From Callorhinchus milii (taxonomy: Eukaryota), in the NCBI RefSeq assembly GCF_018977255.1, contig NW_024705431.1, positions 1 through 45,170 of the forward strand: a stretch of DNA of 45,170 nucleotides, in the 5' to 3' direction. The position numbers and the translations under genes were made by a program. This document shows, in pieces, positions 36,495 through 45,170 of the stretch (positions are counted from its first letter, which is position 1; each line of letters starts with the position of its first letter). The notes beneath the pieces are model-generated. The model made no database searches, was not told the origin of the DNA, and was given only the letters and a program-made list of their open reading frames with translations.

Positions 36495-36981
36495 TGTAAT
36501 AAAGCTCGTTGAGGCGACTTCTGGAATTCGTCTTTTATTCAACTTATCTTACAGTTACTTCACGCTGCTGATAGGCAGCGTGAGAGGGACAGATATAGAG
36601 AGAGAGACGCACTGCCACATGGCAGCTCGGAGCCCCGCTCCCGCGTGGCCTCCCCCCCCTGTTCGTTCCCGTTCTGACCCCGTGTCGTTCGTCTCCACCC
36701 CTATTTAATACCCGGGTCATGTGGTACGGTTCCACCAATCCTCGTTAGCCTGCATGGAAACTTCCAGGCTCCCTCGTCAGCTCCCGGGACCACGCCCCTG
36801 ACTCATCTCCCCATTGGCTGTGGCTAAAGCCAGCAGAACCAATCCTTATAGCTGTCACCTTTCCATCACGTCAGGGCCATGCCCCCAGGCTTCCCCCATT
36901 GGCTGTAAACCAGGACCGGCAGAGCCAATCACCATGACGAGTTGTGATACGTCAGTGAGCCGGATATATCCTCATATTACA
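36495..36981 (-). mobile_element. Solo LTR
   Basis: TGTAATA...TATTACA termini with 4-bp TSD CATT (36491-36494 and 36982-36985). Confidence 0.88.
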
Positions 36982-37079
36982 CATTCACGGGCTAAGTGTC
37001 TCACTAACACTGCTACTGTTGCCCCTTTCCCTCGATGTGGCGGGAGCTCTCGTGTTTTAACAGACTATAACTGGCTGTG

Positions 37080-37765
37080 ATGTTTCTGTGTATGTGTCTC
37101 TCTCTGTGTTTGTGTCTCTATGTGTATCTCTCTCTTTGTTTAACACGTAGGCTTTCGCAACCAATATTATTCATAATCAACGTTTTTGTGTGTGTGTGTG
37201 TGTCTGTCTATCTCTGTCTGTGTGTCTCTCTATATGTGTGTGTCTCTCTCTGTGTGGGGGTTGTCTCCCTGTGTGTGTCTCTCTCACTCTCTGTGTCTCT
37301 CTGTGTGTGTGTCTTTCTCTATGTGCTTGTCTCTCTATCTGTGTGTCTCTCTGTGGTTGTCTCTTTGTGTGTGTCTCTCTCTGTATGTGTCTCTGTGTGT
37401 TTCTCTCTATCTGTCTCTGTGTGTGTCTCTGTATGTGTCTCTCTCTGTGTGGGTCTCTCTCTCTCTCAGTGTGTGTGTCTCTCTCTCTCTGTGTCTCTCT
37501 AGGTTGTGTGTCTCTCTCTCTGTGTCTCTCTGTGTGTGTATGTGTGTCTCTCTCTCTGTGTCTCTCTGTGTGTGTCTCTTTATGTGTGTCTCTCTCTCCG
37601 TGGTTGTCTCTCTGTGTGTGTCTCTGTGTATGTTTTTATGCGTGTCTCTCTCTATGTGGATGTCTCTCTCTGTTTGTGGGTTGTCCCTCTGTGTCTCTCT
37701 CTCTGTGTGTGTCTCTTTATGTGTGTCTCTCTGTGTGTGTCTCTCTCTCCATGGGTATCTCTCTC
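37080..37765. repeat. (TG/TC)-rich compound microsatellite, low complexity
   Basis: Continuous mixed tgtg/tctc runs. Confidence 0.97.
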
Positions 37766-38037
37766 GTTGACATGCTGGTCTCTCCTCGTAGTTGCCCTTG
37801 CGGGTTTTTTCTTCTTGTTGCCCGGTTCTCTGACATTGATATGCTAATCTTGTCATTAGCACAGCCCCTGGTAGCTGGAGCCGTCTCACATTGACATGCT
37901 AATCTTTTATATTTACGTACAAATTCCATCTCTAGCTCCGCCCACTTACCCTTGTGTTGAGCCCACCTAAAGCCTATATAACCTCTTGTTGCAGCAGCTC
38001 TTTCTCCTGCATCAGCAGTTCTCCTACTGTGTTTGTC

Positions 38038-38128
38038 TCACCTGATGACGGTTGCTTGTGTTGCGATCGAAACGTCATGATCTATTAATTTTCTATCTTC
38101 GTGACTTTACAGAAAGAACCAAAGAGTA
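38038..38128 (+). mobile_element. Penelope-type repeat with a hammerhead motif
   Basis: tcac-CTGATGA-c-GGTTGC-ttgtgtt-GCGATC-GAAACGTC, then family tail. Confidence 0.75.
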
Positions 38129-39049
38129 GGCTAGTAGTTGGCTATTTCAGTCAGCACTGTCAGTGTTAGACAGCTAGCGTTGTGTACAGGCTAGGCTAAG
38201 CTCCTGTGGAGAGTGTGCGGATGAGATCGTGATAGTTGTTAATAAAGAGAGTGCTTCCTAGAAACTCTGAATCGTTGACACTACAAATGCGTAAAGACAG
38301 TGCATGTGTAAAGACAGTCCATGGACTAGCAGCCATGAGCGGTAATAACGGGCGTAATGACAAAAATAGAAGGCTAGTGGTCACAAGCGGTAAGAACAGG
38401 CTAGGTGACAGAGAAGGGAAGGATCTGGAATCTCCAGGAGAGTTCGAGAAGGGCGTGGCCAGGGCGGAGCAATGGCTACGCCAGGGATAATAAGTATAAC
38501 CCGTAAAAACAAAGTTTTTTACTATAAATCCTTTATATGCGTGGCGGCTAGAGTCCTCTCGTCCTCTGGCTTGAGATGGCTGCCACCTATGGGTCAGATG
38601 ATCGTCTGCCAGTATTAAGCAATTGGTAATTAATTGTCTCGCACAACGAGTCTGTGTGCAAAATGTCAGCTCGATTGGATCACGGAAAGTGGGTTAAAAA
38701 CGACCGAAAGATTTGCACGGTCGTAAGCAAGCAAGCACGCAAGCACGCAAGCAAGCAAGCGAACTTAATATAAAGGATTTAAAAAGGGCTGAGGAGCGAG
38801 GTTTCGGGGCTGCTGTGGAATCGGGGTCGTTGCAGTCCGAGAATGCTGTCTTTGCATCGCCGCTGTCTTCGCATCGTCGATGTCTTCACATCGTCATTGT
38901 CTTCGCATCGCCGCTGTCTTTGCATTGTTGCCGTCTTTGCATCGCCGCTGTCTTCGCGCCGTCGTTATCTTAAGTCATCGCTGTGAAGCGACCACATTTT
39001 AATAAAAGAAACCCTTTACAGTTCGTGTCATCCGAGAGTCATTACAAAT

Positions 39050-40850
39050 GGTTCTGAAATATAAAAATCAGATAACTTCTCCTGGGCAAGGTATACTGGG
39101 ACATCCCATGAAGCCAGGCCTGGGGGTGGTGTTGTCCGGCAAAGTGCCTGGTGGCCGGGTGACCACGTAACCCAGATGGCCCCATCCTGAAATTACTATG
39201 TGGTGCCGTCCTGTAAGCCCACCATCCGCAGAACAAAGGGTGAGGGCGGGAGCGATACCAGTATGGCATGGAGAGGGATAGTTTCGGATGGACTGGACCT
39301 TGGCAATGGACCCTAGCTATTGGAACATGGAATGTCACATCATTGGGGGGAAAGGAACTGAAACTGGTGGAGGAGGTGAAAAGGTATCAACTAGATATAG
39401 TCGTTCTCACCTCCACACAGCATTGGCACTGGAACCAAACTTCTCGATCGGGATTGGTCTCTCTATATTCCAGAGTAACCCCTTGTGAGAGGCCCTGGCT
39501 GGTGTGGGGATACTCACAAGCCCCTGGCTGGGTGCTGTTCAGTTGGAGTTTGTCCCAGTAGATGAGAGGGTCGCCTCAATGAGACTTCGGGTTTCAGAAA
39601 GGAATACTCTGACTGTTGTCTCTGCTTATGCACCAAACAACAGTTCAGAGATGTTGGCCTTCTTGGAAATGGTGGGTGCAGTGCTCGATAAAGTACCACC
39701 TACCCGACTCCATAATCTTACTGGGCGACTTCAATGGTTACGTGGGAAAGAATGGAAATACCTGGAGAGGCGTGATTCGAATGCCCCCCCTGATCTGAAC
39801 CGAACAATTAGATGTTTGTTGGAATTCTGTGCTAGTCACGGAATGTCAATAACAAACACCATGTTCACACACAAGAATGCTCATAAGTGTGCTTGGTACA
39901 AATCACCTTGTGCCAAAGGTTGTATCATCAGAACGTAAGGCCGTATGTTTTGGACACTCGGGAGAAGAGAGGGGCAGAGCTGTCAACTGATCACAACCTG
40001 GTGGTAAGTTAGATCTGACGCTTGGAGCACCGACCACATAGACGTAGAAGGCCCAAACGAATAGTGGAGGTTTTCTGGGAACATCAGGCGGAAAACCCAG
40101 TGTAGAAATATTTAAACCTCCACATCTGGGAAAACGTATGCGACACTCCAGGTGGAATCATGGACATTGAGTCCGAGTGGACGATGTTCAGGACCTTGAT
40201 TGTCGATGCAGCTGTGAAAAGCTGTGGCCTGTTAAAATCAAAGTCATTCAATGTAGGTGTTGGTCTCCGCCAAGGGTGCGTCTTGTCTCCACTCTTGTTT
40301 GTGATTTTCATGGACAGGATATCAAGATATGGATACTATTACGGTACGGGGGCATGGAGTTGGCGTCGCTGCTTTTTGCAGATGTCATTGTCCTCTTTGC
40401 CAAGTCAATCTGTGATCACCAACATGCACTTGAACAGTTTGATGCCGAGTGTGAAGCGGCTAGGATGAGGATCAGCACCTCCGAATCTGAGGTCATGTTT
40501 CACTCCCGAGAGATGGTGGAGTGTGCTCTCCAGGTGAGGGTCGAATAGCAGCCCTTAGTGAAGGAGAATAGCTGCCCTTAGTGAAGAAGTTTAAGTACCT
40601 CGGGTCACTTTCACGAGTGATGGTAAGTGGGAGCGGGAGATAGGGCGGCGGATCGGTGCGGAATCCTCAGTGATGCGGGCGCTGTTACCATTTCATGGTA
40701 GTGAAGCAGTATCTACGTTCCCACCCTCATTATGGTCATGAGCTTTGGGTAATGACCGAAGCATGAGATCGCGGGTACAAGGAGCCAAAATGAGGTTTAT
40801 CCCACTCTCCGTGATCAAGTGAGGAGCTCGGTATCTGGTAGAGCCTCAGT
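39050..40850 (+). mobile_element. Degenerate RTE-clade (Rex3/Expander-like) LINE with a large internal deletion
   Basis: LAIGTWNVTSLGGKE..LVEEV.RYQLDIV, VSAYAPN, IILLGDFN, ITNTMF.HK, then GLRQGCVLSPLLFVIFMDRI, LLFADV, MRISTSESE. Confidence 0.9.
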
Positions 40851-41464
40851 CATATTTTCCCAGTTGCTGAGGTGGGGGGAACAAGGTACATAGTAGTCAT
40901 TGTGATGGTGAATTTGCATAACGGGTATGAAGCCAGGTAACTTTTTATTTTCATATCCTCATTATCTGTAGATAAGGACATTGTTATGAGTAGTTTGAGG
41001 AATTTAACTTGCCGGTCCCCGAACATATATTTGCATAACCCCTCTGTCCTGGTTCGTTGCGATCTTCATCATGATCCATGGGCAGATAGGTGTCCACTGC
41101 ACATTTTGTCATTTGTTTCCGCTTTTCTTTGTCTCATGCCAAGTAGTACACATCTTTCTGGCACCAATCTCTTGTCATCAAACCATTCTGTGTTAGGTCT
41201 TACTCGCTTTCCGATCTTTCTCGTTCCTTCCATTTTTCTGAACTACACTTTTGATTAATGTGTAAAGACCGAAACACAACAGATGATTTACCGGACATGT
41301 ATAACTTTTTATTTTGATACTGGCAAGAAAGGTCGCGTGATGCAGCTGCTCACCCCGAGATATAAATGCCCTGATAGTGCATTGTCTGTGTGCTGTTCGC
41401 CTTTTTGGCGTTCTCTGGTCTAATACTGTTTGAGATTCGGCCATAAAGAGGCTGTCTCTGTTAA

Positions 41465-41695
41465 ATTTCAATTTAAAGCTTTCGTGACTGCAGGGATTCA
41501 TCTTCTTGGTTCTTTCGGTAAAGTCACGTAGAAGGGAAATAATAAAATAATAAAAATAAAACATTATTAAATACAATTCTTACGACGTTTCGGCCACAAC
41601 GCAAGCAGCCGTCCTCAGGTGAAGAACAGGTCTGTCGGAAAGACAGCGTCTGAATGAACACCACCAAGCTTGGCAGCGTATATTTAACCCAGCTT
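41465..41695 (-). mobile_element. Penelope-type repeat with an intact hammerhead core (41577-41625)
   Basis: Minus strand ttcac-CTGAGGA-c-GGCTGC-ttgcgtt-GTGGCC-GAAACGTC-gtaag; full tail gcagtcacgaaagctttaaa. Confidence 0.82.
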
Positions 41696-42032
41696 AAATA
41701 TATTACACTTAAATACAGCAGCACTGCATCAGTGGAGAGACATGACTGGTGTTGACGAGAATCCCCTCCCCCCACCATAGAATTAATGTGTTATGTTCTG
41801 TGAGAGAGGAAGTTTGTAGCATGCCTGTCCATGTGGAATGCGAGCGTAAATGGGCAGGTCGGATGTGACGATCCGAGAGGGAGGAGTCAGGGTCACGTGG
41901 GAGAGGGAGGAGTCAGGGTCACGTGGGAGAGAAGTTATAGCGGGGAGACAGGAAGACATCCGGGCAGTCGAGGGAGTGAAGAGGGAGACCACGTTGGGTG
42001 GTCGCCGTGCCTCAGCCTAGTGGCTGAGGGGC

Positions 42033-45000
42033 TCATCAGAATCAGAAACGGTTTTAATCGCCTTGTAAGTTTGCACAGACAAGGAATTCACTATGGTGGG
42101 ACGGTGCATACATTGAACAAGTAGGAATCTTAACTTATATAAAAGGTATACACTCTAACTATACTAACGTTACAAAGTATAAGTAATACTAAAGGGCTAA
42201 AATCTTTAAAATTTAAATAAGTAGACCTTATAAAATGTGAAATGTAAAATGTTAATTAGCCGTATTAAACAATCTTAAAATACAAAAATACAAATAAGAT
42301 TACATGTTGTAAGTATGGAAAGGTGTAATTATGTAGATAAAATGTTATAGTAAGTGTAACAGTCATTTTAAGTGTAAAAGTCATTTTAAGCCCTTGGCCT
42401 TGTTGAGGAGGCCAACAGCGGATGGGAAAAAACAGTTTTTATGACGTGAGGTTTGGTCTTGATGGACCGCAGCCTTCTGCCGGAGGGGAGTAGCTGGAAC
42501 AGAGAGTATCCAGGGTGCGAGGAATCGTCCGCAATCTTCCTCGCTCGCCTCAGGGTCCTCAAAGTGTGCAGGTCCTCAAGGGTTGGTAGATTACAGCCAA
42601 TCACCTTCTCAGCAGTGCGGATGATACGCTGCAGTCTGCTCTTGTCCTTGGCAGTGGCAGCAGCGTACCAGACGGTGATGGAGGTGAGGATGGACTCAAT
42701 GATGGCTGTATAGAAGCACACCATCATTGTCTTTGGCAGATTAAATTTCTTCAGCTGCCGTAGGAATACATTTCTGTTGAGCTCTCTTGATAAGGGAGCT
42801 GATGTTCAGTTCCCACTTGAGGTCCTGGGAAAGAATAGTGCCCAGGAAGCGGAAGGACTCAACATTGGTGACTGGGGAGTCGCACAGGGTGATGGGGTGA
42901 GTGGGGCTGTATTCTTCCTGAAGTCCACAACCATCTCCACGGCAGTGGCGGCTCGTCAATAGAGGGCGCAGGGGCGCCGCCCCCATCAATATTCAAGAAA
43001 TATACATATGCAAAATTTATATAAAAATACATAAATAAAATATTTTTTTCATACGATGTGCCGGCTGGTAGTAAGAAAAGCATCAGCATTTAATAAAAAC
43101 TGGCTTTAATCGGTCAACTATTTTCTATGTTTTTCAATGTGTTTCATGCGGGGCGCCGGACAAATGGATGTCTATGTGAGACTTTAAATTTTCGGACAGC
43201 ATGTGACCTGAAGCTGGTCTCTAATTGGTTTCTTAAAGATTCTCCTCGGGGCGCAAGTCGTTGCGTCCCTGGCCAATCAGAATTGGATACATGTTATTTT
43301 ATCCAATCTGATTGGTTCTCGTCACCTGTCATTCAAATTTACGCTCTGGGCCACTACTGCGAGTGCGCAGGCGACACCACTTTGACACTTGCTAGGCTGA
43401 TCAAATTTTTTGTGTAAACAATGGCAGCAGTTCATCCAAATTCTGTAATTTATTTACAAAAAAACCCTTTCGCAAGGCTTTCGCTGGAAGAAATAAAAAA
43501 GATAAAGGATCTCGGACCGGACCAACCCGATTTACAAATCCAGCAGCAGGCCAGTGACAGAGGACGAAGCTACACACGAAGCTTCACCCGCGCTTGTTAT
43601 GAGAAACGGAGGTGGCTGGCTGGATGTGATGTTAGCAATTCTCTTTTTTGTTTTCCCTGTCTTTTATTTCAAAGTGTCGGCACTGAAGTTTTGTGGACAA
43701 CGACGGGGGTAAGAGACCTCAAACATCTCTCTGACAAATGCAAACGTCATGAAAGTAGCCGCAGCCATATTGATAATAGCATGAAACTAACGTTTTTATG
43801 TTCAAGTAGGAAACATGCTTTTTGGTACTTTGGTCTGAAATGTATATAAAAGAGAAACATTTATGTTCAAGTAGGAAACATGATTTTTGGTACTTTGGTC
43901 TGAAATGTATATAAAGAGAAACATTTATGTTCAAGTAGGAAACATGCTTTTTGGTACTTCTTTTGGTCTGAAATGTAAATAAATATCATCAAAATTTATA
44001 TTCATGTAGTCAAAATGGTTTTTGGTACTGCTTTATATTTATTTGCCCCCCTCAATAAAATAAAAAAAATGCGCCCCCCAAAAATAAATATCACCAGCCG
44101 CCACTGCTCCACGGTCTTAAGAGCATTAAGCTCCAGGTTGTTCTGGCTACACCAGGTCACCAGGTTGTCAGCTTCCCTCCTATAGTCAGACTCATCCCCA
44201 TCAGAGATTAGCCCAATGAGGGTGGTGTCGTCCGCAAACTTCAAGAGTTTGACGGACTGGTGACTGGAGGTGCAGCTGTTGGTGTACAGGGTGAATAGCA
44301 GAGGGGAAAGGACGCAGCCCTGAGGAGATCCGGTGCTGATTGACCTGGAGGCAGAAACTTGTGATCCCAGTTTGACACACTGCTTCCTGTCAGACAGGAA
44401 GTCTGTGATCCATCTGCAGGTGGAGTCTGGCACGTTCAGCAGGGAGAGCTTGTCCTGAAGCAGGCTAGGAATGATGGTGTTAAAAGCCGAGCTAAAGTCC
44501 ACAAACAGGATCCTGGCGTAGGATGCTGTGGAGTCCAGATGCTGTAGGGTGAAGTGGAGGGCCATGTTAACTGCGTCATCCACAGACCTGTTGGCTCTGT
44601 AGGCAAACTGAAGGGGGTCCAGTAGAGGGTCTGTGATGGCTTTGAGGTGTGCCAGGACCAGGCGCTCAAAAGACTTCATTACCACGGAGGTAAGGGCGAT
44701 GGGTCTGTAATCATTTAATCCTGTTGGCCTTGGCTTTTTGGGCACTGGAATGATGATGGAGGACTTGAGACAGGCTGGTACATGACATGTCTCCATGGAG
44801 GTGGTAAAGATGTTGGTGAACACTGGAGACAGCTGGTCCGCGCAGTGCCTGAGGGTGGCTGGAGAGACAGAGTCCGGCCCAGCTGCTTTGTGTGGGTTCT
44901 GCCTCTTGAAAAGTTTTTAACTTCTCCCTCCTGAATGGAGATAGTTGTCTCTGTAGTGTGGGGTGGGATAGGGGCCTCTTGGGTGGGAAGGGGTAGTTCA

Positions 45001-45170
45001 GGACAGTCCAATTGTCTTTCAAATCTGCAGTAGAACTCGTTCAGGTCGTTGGCTAGGCGGGAGTCGTTAGTGGTGTGGGGGGCTCTGGGCTTGTAGTTGG
45101 TGATCTGCCTGAGCCCTCTCCAGACAGAAGCAGAGTCGTTAGCAGAGAACTGGTGTTTTAGTCTCTCTGA
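42033..45170 (-). mobile_element. Rex1/Babar-type LINE (RT and 3' end), continuing past the window end
   Basis: IIPVPKKP..LNDYRPIALTSVVMKSFERLV, LDPLQFAYR, ILFVDFSSAFNTI, GSPQGCVLSPLLF, LLKFADD, FYTAIIESIL, LFQLLPSGRR; TTCTGA tail near 42035-42045. Confidence 0.93.
42943..44106 (+). mobile_element. Non-autonomous hAT DNA transposon (TTF zinc finger, ZMYM1-like transposase N-terminus) inserted in the Rex1 LINE
   Basis: TIRs CAGTGGCGGCT...AGCCGCCACTG; 8-bp TSD CTCCACGG (42935-42942 and 44107-44114); ORF 43421-43849 with WL..LFCFPCLLF..W...G..HE.S.SH; ~65-bp tandem repeat at 43795-43975. Confidence 0.94.

Noticed and set aside
37077..37929. Long Cys/Val/Ser/Leu-rich and Arg/Glu/Thr-rich ORFs
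   Set aside because: Translations of a TG/TC microsatellite
43421..43849. ZMYM1-like zinc finger host gene
   Set aside because: Lies between hAT TIRs with an 8-bp TSD and is cut off by a tandem repeat; it is a transposase fragment

Overview
Eukaryotic, transposon-rich vertebrate DNA containing a cluster of three intelectin (fibrinogen-domain X-type lectin) genes. The gene style and repeats suggest a lamprey or similar, but the species is my inference. (1) The last exon of an upstream + strand paralog lies at 3815-3966. (2) A complete 7-coding-exon + strand gene at 6122-15920 splices to an intact 325-aa protein. (3) An inverted, tail-to-tail paralog on the - strand at 33728-21316 has two 1-nt deletions in exon 4 (pseudogene or assembly error) and a tandemly triplicated promoter/first-exon unit. 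Introns and flanks hold many nested mobile elements: a Helitron with both ends confirmed by the empty site in the paralog, an Ingi/Vingi-like LINE with a 2A ribosome-skipping motif and PHD finger, a Penelope RT/GIY-YIG remnant, Rex1/Babar, RTE and L2 LINE remnants, a hAT element, and Gypsy-type LTRs. About ten short Penelope-type repeats each carry a minimal hammerhead ribozyme motif with co-varying stem II. Most notable: the hammerhead-bearing repeat family, the Helitron whose helicase looks oomycete-like to me, the 2A-containing LINE, and paralog-specific changes in the lectin Ca2+/sugar site plus an unusual CPNC motif.
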